Source: an uncultured virus (IMG/VR IMGVR_UViG_3300014073_000001) (Duplodnaviria; Heunggongvirae; Uroviricota; Caudoviricetes). Taken from it: 64,000 bases of DNA. Of this stretch, positions 32,901 to 43,100 are shown piece by piece; within the stretch, counting starts at the first letter, position 1, and every line of letters starts with the position of its first letter. The DNA is taken from the IMG/VR virus record IMGVR_UViG_3300014073_000001. One strand, written 5' to 3'. Both the position numbers and the translations under genes were made by a program. A model generated the notes under the pieces. That model saw only the letters and a program-made list of their open reading frames with translations, searched no databases and was not told where the DNA came from.

Positions 32901-35058
32901 ACGCCGGATCGCTTGCCATCGCCTGAATCTTCTTATAGATGATTGCAAGATCTGCTCCTGCTTGCTTCTCGGCTTTGGTAAGCACGATCGTAGCATCCGT
33001 TTTTCCCATTGCCTCAATCTTTGTCTGCAGCATCTGTTTTAAATAAGTCTCGTTTGCAATGTAGAATTTTACCTTGGGGTCTTTAAACTGCATCGGCAAT
33101 AAAGCCGTCTTGTTACCAATGGTGGACTCGATGTATTCTTTGGAGTTAAAAGCTACTTTCTTTGCTGCAAGCTTTTGCCCTTTCTGGATTGCACGCTGAT
33201 AATAATAGCGCATAGTCTCAAAATTAATGCAGCCAGCAAAGTAATTTCGATACTCACTTTCGTCAGTTTCCTGGATAGGAACCTCAGGCATGTATACACG
33301 ATAATTAAACTCCTGCAGGGTTAATGTTACTTGCAAAAGCTTTGGATATCCAGGCACCGTGCTAACTCTTAAATCCACTAAAGAGACTGCCTCAACATTG
33401 AGAACACTATTGATATAGTCATTATCGATCGGCAAGAACGGAGTAAATTTGAATTGCGATATCAAGGACCGCAACCCATTCATGTAATAGGTGACTGGCT
33501 TACCGTTAGGAGTGGTTGAGTTGAGCTCGAATCCGTTAATGCCTCTCTCATCGTTAAAGTAAAGCGACAACTGGAGAATCCTTTCAGACTTCTCGGCAGA
33601 TTTCGCCATAGTGCCTTTTGCACGAAGTACCGGCATCCTTTCTGCTGTTGTTTGGGTAATACATCTGATAGATGTAGGAGGAACAAACAGAGCAGTGTCA
33701 CCAATAAGTACAGTCCATTCTTTAAGCGCATCAAAAGACATATTGGAGAATAGTTTCGCTTGCGTTTTACGCCTGTCATCGAATGATTTATCGGCACTCC
33801 ATACTGCGTCAGCATACAGCTTCTCATCAAATTGATAAGAAGAAATTCCAAAGGCATCAGAAAGACCCCCGTCCCGGCTGACTAAAGTCGGCTTATCATG
33901 GAAGTTCTTATTGATAATGATTTTGTCATAGTTAGCTATTAAATACTTATTCAGGTTCAACCATTGACCGTCTATCTTTAAATAGATAGCACCGAGGAAT
34001 CGCCCATACAGCTCTTGTGCCAGCAAATTAAAGCCAGCTAAACGATATTGGTTCGGATCCATAATGCTGTTGGCAAACTGCTTAAAAGTATTAACGATGT
34101 CGCTTTTATATATGTCGCCACCAAACCGGGCAGGATATTGAGTAGCATTCCGCGCCAGGACGTTACCGTCAAGCATAAGATATAGTTCATTGCCTGCCTT
34201 ATTAATCAAATCATATACGGCCTTTTGAGCTGCAAAGCCCTGACTTAGCAGCTCAGCCTTGCTATTATCTTTACTGAGTACAAGGAGATCTCCGCCATAG
34301 GCTTTGTATTCAGCCCATGTAGAGTCGCCTAGTCGAATAAGTTTCACGGGATCTGTGTCTAGGCGGTCTGCCCCCTCCTTAACTAATACACATAGATAAT
34401 CTTCATTGCCTTTTACCTCGCTGTATTTCATTTCTTTTGTGGTGAACTTGCTAAGGTCGACATTGCGCTCAATCGACCAGTGCGGTATCTCTGGAGCATC
34501 AATGCCCACAAATCGAATCAGGAAATCATCAGTAGCAGCCGGAACTGATTGGTCAGCGGCGATTTTAGCTATGGATTTCCTCTGCTCGGCAGCGTAAGAA
34601 ATACCCTGCTTGAGATGATCGATAACTCTCTCATCGTCGCCATAGTCAATGATATCGCTAATCCTGACATTGATCGTATCGCCATCAACTAAGCCAGTAT
34701 CAAGATCTTCTTGAGTAAATGCCGTTTTAGCCTTAAAGAAATATACACCCTGGTCCGGATAGTATCCAAGGGTTGTTACGGCTGGAGTCTCCATATAGAA
34801 CGCAGCCTTTTTAGCGTCCCCAGCCGGGGTACCACGTAACTGTGCGTCAATTAATTGAAGATAGGTATCGTCAACTTCACCGATATAGTAATCACCCATG
34901 GATGGTGTTTTAAACTTATCCTCAGTTATCACGAAGCGGCTTTCGTCGAGTTGTTTTGCCGCTTCATCAGCTATGGCCTCACCTTCAGCTGACTTCTGCG
35001 CTTTTTGGGCTTCTTTTTGAGCCGCTAAATCTATGTATGGATCGCTTTCGTATGACAT
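26962..35058 (-). CDS. Giant baseplate hub-like protein with N-terminal staphylococcal-nuclease(SNase)-like domain (~2700 aa)
   Basis: ATG 35058 follows AAGGGGG (track start 35103). SNase motifs VDGDTI, IRFVGIDAPE, YGRFLG. Hub-like RIHIRLGYG..VVFNGSIAEV..LIAQGDG and GDPTVKPYD. Hydrophobic helices near the C-terminus. Confidence 0.65.
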   Translation of the reverse strand: MSYESDPYIDLAAQKEAQKAQKSAEGEAIADEAAKQLDESRFVITEDKFKTPSMGDYYIGEVDDTYLQLIDAQLRGTPAGDAKKAAFYMETPAVTTLGYYPDQGVYFFKAKTAFTQEDLDTGLVDGDTINVRISDIIDYGDDERVIDHLKQGISYAAEQRKSIAKIAADQSVPAATDDFLIRFVGIDAPEIPHWSIERNVDLSKFTTKEMKYSEVKGNEDYLCVLVKEGADRLDTDPVKLIRLGDSTWAEYKAYGGDLLVLSKDNSKAELLSQGFAAQKAVYDLINKAGNELYLMLDGNVLARNATQYPARFGGDIYKSDIVNTFKQFANSIMDPNQYRLAGFNLLAQELYGRFLGAIYLKIDGQWLNLNKYLIANYDKIIINKNFHDKPTLVSRDGGLSDAFGISSYQFDEKLYADAVWSADKSFDDRRKTQAKLFSNMSFDALKEWTVLIGDTALFVPPTSIRCITQTTAERMPVLRAKGTMAKSAEKSERILQLSLYFNDERGINGFELNSTTPNGKPVTYYMNGLRSLISQFKFTPFLPIDNDYINSVLNVEAVSLVDLRVSTVPGYPKLLQVTLTLQEFNYRVYMPEVPIQETDESEYRNYFAGCINFETMRYYYQRAIQKGQKLAAKKVAFNSKEYIESTIGNKTALLPMQFKDPKVKFYIANETYLKQMLQTKIEAMGKTDATIVLTKAEKQAGADLAIIYKKIQAMASDPAFTAPLAVLNTFSTGTTVGIKSWLLSPSVSTAQGDITNTNMLPLRITDKSLYKYEPMDATELNKKVNDLMHRMRQYMNSTNAEAGKIIINNIGLKYVEEEVEDDKSTAKKAKVSIGIVIETQLDYLTNDEMISNMRRDASLKIKESVDQFFKDRKLFIPVAMNLEAVASGELTYYVSSDSTRFYLDGRHPDMKFLSYCNDLNNAKSDPNSENIARKQAIDVDKLNSITFDPYDLDNARVTSMEISFGNNFAKIGVTSMDGYAPQYMGGQDSTLNIQIQTTSKKTAAMLNALPKLSAYYAREYRLVLPCWPLKLESELTAFFGINEVLIESVTVDTSPGMPGLYQINMTMISVDRTLRDREALKRIEANTSKQGGEASTQTNTLSYFELQDQLAQAEIYPDLELPTIQELKDDGFQFIRYKFQDNRVYPDPDFYFIYPHILTSQLLRESVLTSIENNFDDITWTDKAGGEMTTKAEAGTGVGVYKMNESAKSQRNAVRAMNEAKAKQLAENQFPDNAKAKNNNLLNVLNGSDTQESWNICQDIKCLFLERNYQLELDAYKNWKKAQDAIKDVDPKAVTGTKPPEGQWTYDSTSKAREASSLIEKYLNGTQINEQLGPFYRGPDYDAKLDVTSTIKRYLVDDKICEIMYYLNIENTGTFQDIVSEIVYAAACSATAKKEFANKSIDNSWKPDANFIGVRLGGAQDKGGKDITTNVDDAVDNAVEFSLFRIKQYTKEELIKITGESPKDMFIEYSNSVNTRRYLLDPYFRRAETTLEDIRDYKKGCIYNTKYAAVAFFRLTLYWLKQLIDTSAIPTITTDILRVAAKNELDTIEKINQHVTSNTKSTMEKHVNFFLKNSHALDSGKFFAAVTMALTSGDSKIKDRIRKRDYKGLNGYLQGVAMPDNSIDPSDGASLALRKMMLALVGLKRIKNFSAVGVSPVNPATEFIQDNNEKMYLKAAEDPRQYIQHSFHDMTVHDARGRMLRAFPAFYMLFIDEGRENEIWKLHDNFYNTSSIAEIQITKSRKIAADTARIVMSNMYKTFTSDDEDANANYNANWSDVVDSIFNPRVYKMREEAKRQNDAPVDQIRLHAGTRIHIRLGYGANAATLPVVFNGSIAEVQIGEAVELIAQGDGVELTNPILEDDEAHSIQYKDSLRGLFTNGATPKTILNAILTVKGGILKNLMKDTEYAHLLGRSPYGVYHFGNPDNNQIFRGGETIQNIYEAMSRPVWGEDDSVTASYATDEAPKISFEVYGKSIWDMLHICQSVSPDFIAAVAPFGFRSTIFHGHPRYYYAYDYIQKDGIILEKRKPYQQYHIYNSTTDIVKNNITTSDKDMKTCAIGLYEIAESLNIKNQKRVGPLWADAEIYPEYQRTMIVDTQLYGKGVPVVGFITNSITSRLTNWFADDSGDWGLISHDKVCWRMAASALKDSMKDMYQGDMIILGDPTVKPYDRMFINDSYENMTGQCLVKEVVHNFSAMTGYVTSVYPDAIITVDDRHELAVQSTGNFLFSLQSLVCGSAIWLASMAFGGPAASLGKGIDYIGSKATRGLIKGALVADKAGVTGAVSQMKSGIKAVKALLPAGRAIGAAGTIVAGASAAAICSALLVNAAVIGTTVLIGNYVTESISRWAKNLQVVQIFPLKRYGLPMTAGINGNKGLVYGSPSYGDTGLIKGMFAKLTTGKFNNKWVDPLLGVCQEWLLSDEMKNIGAKYRRDGGLTNDKGNPVSDERMFTKTLKAVASSQGEITSSYRASQLTPRAALNDKSEVRKSYDYYAMLDVTRVQAEPKLQSNTLISSDPRLKPCIDSKFFQIVHEQENLNASKTVKPMTLTINGQSVNTKAIVGTSKDNSVVYDLPFLNHDALNILCEIVKRVKNKMPYADASDQHQAFEDTKGSFIMLKSSLRVGDKDTFSSTGFSFILQGMKEAAKPLVSAIIELQTEIAQEAKTNQLLAPEMFRSEVRSNNEIAITVLLPSVSKKKEEATA

Positions 35059-35122
35059 GCGCAAATCCCCCTTATATAAAAGCCTCATATGAGAGCCCGT
35101 CATTGCATTGTTTCTATTTGTA

Positions 35123-35128
35123 TATTAC
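35123..35128 (-). promoter_or_regulatory. GTAATA putative late-promoter element
   Basis: About 65 nt upstream of ATG 35058. Confidence 0.45.
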
Positions 35129-35387
35129 TTGTCAAATCGGTGCTATTCACGATGCATTGACAAATCTGCTTTTCCACAGATTGCCGTAATAATGACATAC
35201 AATGATCGGCAATTATCATTGTTTAGTCATTCAGAGGAATGGTACATGTGCTTTATTTGACGCTTACTTTGTCCCACTACATTATCATTATTATCTTTCA
35301 TTCTCCTCTAATTTTTTCTAACACTCCTCCATTTTCTCTGTTCTGCATTCCAGCTTTATTCGACTCCTTGGATACTGACGAGTTTAA

Positions 35388-35433
35388 CAAAAGAGAAGAA
35401 GCAAGATACGCATATCTTGCTTCTTCTCTTTTG
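35388..35433. terminator. Strong (likely bidirectional) terminator hairpin downstream of toxin-immunity pair
   Basis: Perfect 21-bp stem CAAAAGAGAAGAAGCAAGATA-cgca-TATCTTGCTTCTTCTCTTTTG. Confidence 0.75.
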
Positions 35434-35507
35434 CATTCTGCTTGTTATTTACTTATTTACATATAGGACTTAACATTAACTAGCTAATGTCCATCTAAAC
35501 GACTACT

Positions 35508-35846
35508 TTATATTGCTTCCCAGTCTTTTATTCCTAAATTGGGATTAATCATCTTATCAGTATCATGTTCTTTAATAAAAAAGTAAACTAGATCGACAAA
35601 AATTCGTAACGCTTTTTTTTCTACAACAAAATACCAATTTTCCATACTATTTCCTTCGAGGATGTATTCAATACCTCTTTCAGAAACTTCCTCATCAAAT
35701 CCCCACATTTCCATTGGCATAGTAATATTATATCCCTTATAATTCAACCAAATATTTACGAAATTTCCATTTTCTTTGATTTTTAACTGGCAAACATCGC
35801 TTGTATACCACAACACATTTTTTTCTTCTTCAATTTCCCAAATCAT
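35508..35846 (-). CDS. Putative immunity protein (112 aa)
   Basis: ATG 35846 follows GGAGGA and overlaps the toxin stop by 17 nt. Small, acidic/aromatic protein encoded in AT-rich DNA. Confidence 0.55.
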   Translation of the reverse strand: MIWEIEEEKNVLWYTSDVCQLKIKENGNFVNIWLNYKGYNITMPMEMWGFDEEVSERGIEYILEGNSMENWYFVVEKKALRIFVDLVYFFIKEHDTDKMINPNLGIKDWEAI

Positions 35847-36822
35847 CTTTAATTCCTCCATGATATCTATCATACAAACCAACGCAAGCGTCCATTCCTG
35901 GATTACTGCTCACTGATGCTTCAATAACACCTTCCCATGAACCGTATTTTTTAAACATCGATTCTGGTGTTGGCCCATCTGCATTTTGATAAGTGTCTAA
36001 ATTACTTCTCCTTGCCATTTCATATCCTTCCATATCTCCCCTTGCAAGATAGCTATTTAATCTATTTGCATTACGCTCGTTAACCATTTTTTGTGCTATC
36101 CCTTCAGTTGAGTAACCTTGACTATAAAGATTGTCAAGCATTTGTTGATTACTCTCATGATATGCCAGTCTAGTTTGTCTTGCTATTTCTACTTGATTGG
36201 GATCATTCCAATCTATCTTATTTGCAAATTTTCCTATGCGTGTTGATTTTGGATTTGGTGAATAACCATATACAGCATCGGGATTCTCTACTATATCCTT
36301 TGCGGCTTTCGGGTTATTCATCGGATTATTCTTATAAATAAATTCAGGTCTTCTCGACTCCTCAACACCAGCAATTTTCCTACTGTCATCTGCTTCCCCA
36401 ACACCTTCGGCAAATTTACCTGCAATTCCTCTACCATATTTAGCAGGAACAACATCCAGTACATGTTCTTTTCTCGTCAGTTTCTGCATTCCATCGTCTA
36501 TTTCTTTAGCACTCGTTATTAATACAGGCTCTTTCAGATTTTGTTGTATCGTTCCTGCAATTTGATTATTCCTTAAAGCTATTGGTTCGCCGCTAATATA
36601 AGGTATTGCTCTGCCAAAGTTAGCATGCCCCTTAATTGGAGATGAAGCAATCATTGGTTTAAACTCATTAAAATCCACTACTTTACCTGGAATGTTAGTT
36701 GATCTTTTACATAAAATAACGCTTGCTCTTTTTGTTAAATCGTCGACCCTATTAATCGTTTTATTAGATTCGAGCAATGTTCCCTTAAGGCTATTTTTAA
36801 ATTTTATAAATTTAGATAACAT
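35830..36822 (-). CDS. Putative polymorphic-toxin-type effector (330 aa)
   Basis: Bipartite. An EGVGEA-type linker precedes a C-terminal domain (AVYGYSP...ERNANRLNSY...KKYGSWEGVIE..NPGMDACVGLY) resembling Firmicute polymorphic toxin tips. A small overlapping gene follows. Confidence 0.55.
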   Translation of the reverse strand: MLSKFIKFKNSLKGTLLESNKTINRVDDLTKRASVILCKRSTNIPGKVVDFNEFKPMIASSPIKGHANFGRAIPYISGEPIALRNNQIAGTIQQNLKEPVLITSAKEIDDGMQKLTRKEHVLDVVPAKYGRGIAGKFAEGVGEADDSRKIAGVEESRRPEFIYKNNPMNNPKAAKDIVENPDAVYGYSPNPKSTRIGKFANKIDWNDPNQVEIARQTRLAYHESNQQMLDNLYSQGYSTEGIAQKMVNERNANRLNSYLARGDMEGYEMARRSNLDTYQNADGPTPESMFKKYGSWEGVIEASVSSNPGMDACVGLYDRYHGGIKDDLGN

Positions 36823-36858
36823 TGATTTGCGCTCCTCGATATAAGCTTGTCATATACT

Positions 36859-36864
36859 TATTAC
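36859..36864 (-). promoter_or_regulatory. GTAATA putative late-promoter element of the toxin gene
   Basis: About 37 nt upstream of ATG 36822. Confidence 0.45.
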
Positions 36865-36945
36865 CGAGTACCTACGCTTTATTTAGTGTGTTGATGCCAG
36901 CACTCAATTCTTACTGCATTATTCCATTTATACATTTTGTGAAAC

Positions 36946-36984
36946 AGTCCAAATATGAATGTCATTGGACATTATATTTGGACT
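36946..36984. terminator. Stem-loop between the 2545-aa gene and the toxin cassette
   Basis: AGTCCAAATAT(g)AATGTC-attg-GACATT-ATATTTGGACT inverted repeat. Confidence 0.55.
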
Positions 36985-37111
36985 ATTAAAGTACTGGGGA
37001 TGGTAATACGTATCTATAGCTTGTTTGAGCATTGATATTTAAATCAAAGACGATGATATTGCCTGGAAAAACCACGTAATCATAGATTTAAAGCACCTTG
37101 CAGATGCTCGT

Positions 37112-40100
37112 TTATTGGAAAGCTGACATTAGCATCTTCGATATTTGCGCCGTATTTGCTTCGCCGAAGTTGTGAATATTCATCGCAACATTTATATTCG
37201 TGTTATTGAATCCACTAGATAATGCTTGCTGTATTGCACTAGACGCATGTCCCTGCCCTTGACTGGTCTGAGCATTAATATTGATAACATATCCTTGCTT
37301 CGGACCGACTCTGACATTAGGTAGATTTGAATCAGATAGCACAGGTATTCGATATTCGCCTTCTGCATCATCTTGTGCCTGCGTCTCTGCAGGCCTAGAA
37401 GGATGACCGCCGACGAATCCAGCGACCATTACTGCTCCTGCTAAGCCCAGGGCGCCAAATGCTAGTGACTTTCCGGTAAGACCTATAGAACCAATCTTAG
37501 ATCTTATAGTATTTATTAGCTGCTCCGAGTCACTAAGAACTTTATGAGAAGCATTTCTCCTTACGATGGCTTGTGTTGCAGCACTATCACCGGCCAAGGA
37601 AGGCTGGAGCTGCTTTTGAACAATTTGGGGATCCATCCTTGACTCACTCATTGCATCATAAGCAATCGTGAGCTCCCTGCTCATAGAGTCAACTACTTCA
37701 TTGGTACGGATTCGTTTCTTGTCGACTTCAACACCTTTAGTGAGTATTCCCTGAGTAAAATATTCCTTTAGATCCGGACTAAGTTGTATTCTTTCTCCAA
37801 AGTCCGAGAAAATTCTTGCCGCTTCTTGATAGTCCATATCTCTAAGCAAATTATTTAGTTTAGTTTGCTCGTTTATGTTCAATTGTTTGGTAAGAAACTC
37901 GTACATGCGCTGAACATTTGCCGCGCCATGATAACCCACCATTTCGCCGAGAGAAGCTTTCTGCATAGCACTTCTCTCATCTTGAGTAATAGCAGCGTGT
38001 TCATAATTACTGGTAATGTCGATAAGCTGCCTATCCTGGTACAGATAACGGGTTGTTTCGCATGCCGCCGCTTTTCTGCCCTTAGCAACGTCATCAATCT
38101 GCCCTTGCCAGTTTGAAATACCGTAATGTAAAGATTCAAAATGATTTTCTCTATCGGTTTCATCTAGCGTATTAATATATTTATCTAAATTTTCAGAGAT
38201 TCGCTCAATGTCTTCTGGCTGTGCTCGGTATAACTTGTTATTGTCAGGCGCATTATAGTGTATCAATGCGCTTGCATCTTTGAATATTTCCGTTTCTTCA
38301 GTAAGTTGTGCATCTATGCCTTTCTTATACTCGAACTGTGCAATGGTACTCAATGCCATATTATCGGTAATGACATCGGATAGGTACACTGCAGATACGC
38401 TTACAGACTTTTTATAGCCGGCCGGTTCATGAACATTTAGTGATAACGTACCTTTGGATTTGCTATGCTCAAAGACCTCTTCTTGCGTAAGACCAAAGCC
38501 ACTGAAGTATTCATCGTTATAGATCGTATTCATGAAGCTTCGTCCCACGAATGTTGCGTCGTATTCGGCGCCTTTCCTGGCGGCCTCTAGAACCAAGTTC
38601 ATCCCGTCAAACTCAAGTTGCCGATGGTAAGCACTGGTCTCATTCCCGAAACACTCAATGCCGCTCGCCTTAAATCTTCCCGAATCAAGAAGTCTTACAG
38701 CCCCTAGAGCAGCTGCCCCTTGCTGTTTTACCGTTAGGGACTCAGATACAGCTATTTTAGCTCCGGCCACAGTATTGCGCATGCTATTAAGGATCTTATC
38801 TTTTTCTGCTGCAATTCCAGACGACGAGTAATCTGCTTGCGGTTGTTCCAGCTGGGAAGCATTTTTTTGAAAAGAAATTCTTGCTTCCTCTTGTTTTTGA
38901 GGATCAATAAACTCCCGTGAGGGGGATAGTAAGGGCAAATAATGCTCGTCATTTTTTGCATACTGATTATTTCCTAACTGTTCCATATGCAGATCGATTA
39001 ACAGTTTCTTCCCATAGATCGCATCGGCAATGACATCGTTACCGCCGAAGCTGGTATCAATTCGGCTTAATCTTCTAACTTCGAAGCCTGCCTTTCCTAT
39101 CATATCCGCTAGCCTGTAACCACTGTTGCCAGTATTCCAGTTGCTGGCCAGGACTTCGGTCATTACCGAGTACCTGTCTTCGATTGTATGCTGGCTAACG
39201 TAGCCTACACCTTGTTTGTTCATTGCGCCAAGCATGGTCTTACCAACTAGGCCCATGCCTTTCAGTTTGTCTTTTATGACCTGATTTATTTCGCCATCTT
39301 GCATTAGTAAGACATCGCCCGGCTGAACGAACATAGCGCAACGGCTCTGATCTCCTATGCTTTTTGTAATAGCCTGTTTTTGATGTTCCTTTTTAATAGC
39401 GTCATAGTCGTCAAGCACATGAGCAAAACGAATCTTAGGCACTTCTGGTACAACGGCTTCCCTTACTCGTGCTAAGCTTTCCTCGTTGTAGCGCTCCCAC
39501 TCCATCATTTGAGAGTTACGATCCGTGAACTTAACTCCTTTTGTCACTTTTTTCAGACCTTGGGTCGCATTAGCCGCTACCGTAGCCTCATGATCATAGA
39601 AGTCCATAGCTACAAGCTCAATTTGCGACAAATCAGCTTCAATACCGTTAACTTCCCGGGTGATTTTAAGATTATGTTCAGGATTGTTAATAACTGCTTG
39701 CCGTTTATCCAAATAGATATTGCCGTTTGGTGCAACTAGCTGACTGTTCTTTACTTCGAATCCAGGGATAGCATCTTTTAGGATATTCTGCTCTTTGTTA
39801 GCATCACTACTGTAATTGTAAAGCAAATTGTCAGCAACGCGCTTAATTACACCAGGCGAATCTTGATGCTTTAATTCTGCTTCAGAGTTATTGCTAATCG
39901 CTTGGAATGTCTTGCCTGGGTTGAGAAAATCGCTGTCGCCGATGGCACCCCTTAGTGCTACTCCGAGCGACTCAATATACTCTTTGTCGGGTACTTCGTG
40001 AAGGAAGCTGCCCAAATTAAGAGTTTTTAAGATTTGTGTCGTCGGACCATCTCCAGAGGTTCCCAAGCTACCCACCAGGAAGCGCGCCATGTTTTTCTCG

Positions 40101-43100
40101 CTACTGCCCTCTGCTATCTTGCGGAGCGGATTAGCATCGAATGCTTTGATATAGTAAGCTAATTCGTAATTATTGTTCAAGATACGATACGCTTCTTGCT
40201 CCATGTCAGCCGCACTCATGATTTGGTCTTTATGGCGGGTTAGTGTTTGTATAACGCTTTTTTCGTCGACCATTAAGCCGCTGCGCTTTGACAAGATACC
40301 AAAGCGGAACATACCGGCTTCTTGGGCATATGTCTCCTGGACCGTATCGTTATAGCCACCTACGTTGGTGAGAAACTCGCCTTGGTGTACGAATACCCCA
40401 TTGCGATATTCAAACGTGATCTTGCCGTCTGTCCCAATTAGGAGCTGAGGTGCTAGATTACGTTTGGCTTTAAGATCGTCAATAGTATTGAGATTATGCT
40501 CATTTATCTTGTAGAGGGCTATCTTTTGTGTAGTGGCTCGTATATGGAAGATGCTATCGAACATTTCCAGTGCAGCGACAGCAGCGCCGTCATCAAGGTA
40601 GATGTTGGTAAGTATCTCTTTGACATACTGATTTTTGATGTCTGCAGAGTTACTAAGCTTACGCAGGTCTCCAGTTCGCATGGATAATCGGCTTACACGC
40701 ACAGCACTTTCCATGACATACTCCATACCGCTCAACTTTCTCCTAGCCTCAACTACCTCAGTAGCCATGTATAAGTTGCGACTGCTAGAGACATCTTTCA
40801 ACGCTTTGCTGGTAATGGTTGCTTTGGCATCATCTGCATTAAAACGAAGATCCCTAGAAACATGTTGATGGATACCACACTTAGCAGCGCCATAAACATC
40901 ACATAAGTGTGACTTGTTAAATAGTGTACCAACAAGGCCAGTTATCTCTTTGTTGTCCCAGGAGAACTTATTGATCATGTCTTTGAGGCTACTGTCTCCG
41001 GAGTCTCTTACAATACCCTGCAGTATATTGCGAGCATTAAAAGTAATTAATGACCTAGCTCTGTAGGTTAAACGCTCTGGATCTAGTTTTTCACCATTTA
41101 AGAGCACTATCATTTCTTTATGCTGCTCGAATTTTATGCCTTTAAATACGCCTTGCCCATACAGATCCTGTAGCTTGGGAACTACATCGTACATTGAGAA
41201 GGCAAAGTCATATCGAGAATCTTGCATATCGCCTTTCATTACAGAGGAACTTTCGCGTAACGATTTGGCCAAGCAGCCAATAATACGATTGATTTGTCCG
41301 GCAAGATCTCCTTCCTTCATGCCACGCTCAAATGCCGTATCCATCCAATACAAGTCATCATGTGCTTTACCAATCAAAGATTGGAACTTAAGGTTTTTGT
41401 CCCATTTGGAAGTATATAAGCCCACGGGGGAAGATACTTTCATATTACCAATTTCTGTATAGAATCGGCCGTCTTGGAATAAATCGCGTGGAAGATTGCC
41501 CAAGCGAGTTTGTATGCCATCAGCTATTAAGTTGAATTCTTTTACATCCTCATTATAAAGGAGCTCTGCCCCCGTTTTGTGAATACCCGCCATGAAGTCC
41601 TTTATGAAGCTGATAGTATCATTCATTCGGATATTCCGCATGTTCATCAGATCCTTAGCTTGGTCTTCGGTATAGCCAAGTTTAAAAAGATCATTCATTT
41701 CCACGTTATCGAACAGTAAATTCTTGACAATATTCTCCGCTTCACTATGGATGTTGTTCTTATTCAGGAATCTTGCGTTCGGCAATGTCTTATCGATTTC
41801 ACGCAAAATATTTTGTATCGCTTCTTTGCCAAAGCCCAGTTTAGCCATGTTTGAAACGGTCGTTACGTTTTGGCGTTTGCCGATAAGAATGCGCCCAGCT
41901 GCTTCACCATACTGGCCATTTGTATTTTTACGCACTGTGCGCAAACTATCAAGTAGATGCTGTGTGAGTGTCTCAGAGGTGTGAGTTTCTAGCTCTTCAG
42001 CTGAAACTACGCGATCGCTGCTGATGATTCCCTTATTGTTCAAGTGGCTCATAAAGTGATGAATTTCTTTTATCTTTTCGCTTTCATCTGTTACCCCTGT
42101 AAATCCACGCTTCTGAATCAGACGATCGGCAAGAGTGAGGTTGGATGTCTTTAAATTTATCGAAAAAATATCGCTATTGTCATCATAAATACTAGGCACT
42201 TTGATGCCAGGGCGGTGTCCATAACCATCCATATTTACTTCAAACTTATTACGATCTATCGCACGAACCCTTAGGGTTTCAGTATTAGTTGATTCAATGC
42301 CGGTTGCAGTATTCTTCGCCATATATCCTTGTAAGCCGGTGAAGTATTGTTTGAAATAGAAATCTTGGAGCTTCCTGTCTGTGCCTCCACGTTTTTCGGC
42401 AGCATCAATAACAACACTCATAATATCGCGAATGCTATTGGCGTAGTTCTCAGATTTAAGAGCTGCATCGACAATTTCGCGATATACGCGCCATTCGCCA
42501 GAGCCCTCCCTCTGCCGCCAACCAAAATACTCTTGGTATGTTTTGAGCATATTGACCCCTGGCAGACTTAATTCGCGCTTAGTAACGCCGTGCGCAACAT
42601 CTAACGACTGATTACGAATAGCTTCATGGAATTCTTTACGAAGAGCTGTACGCACATCTACCGATGCATTCTCATCAGCATTGTATTTTACATATTTTTC
42701 CACGTCGTTAAGAAATTCTAATAATCCCTTCTGCTTATTCATCACAAATCCACGTCTTGCCCTGGTTGTAGATTCATTCTGAAGATGGAATTTGCTTTCG
42801 CTAAGTTGGTTTACAACGGTGAAACCTACATTGGTTTCTTTGCCATCCGGCCCGATCTCAATTTCCGAGAGATAATCAATAGCGTCTTTTGTCGTATGCC
42901 AGCAACCGTCCTGTTTATATCTGGTTAGGATCAGCTGTTGGTTAATGCGGCATTCAATATCTTCTCTTGTGCCAACTAACGTAACCGACGATAGAGCTTC
43001 AAAGGATTCGTCACCAGCTTCAGGATTGAAGGTTGCTGTCACGATACGTTCGGCAACCATGCCAGGGTGAGTATCTGCAATTACATTACCCCACTGGTCG

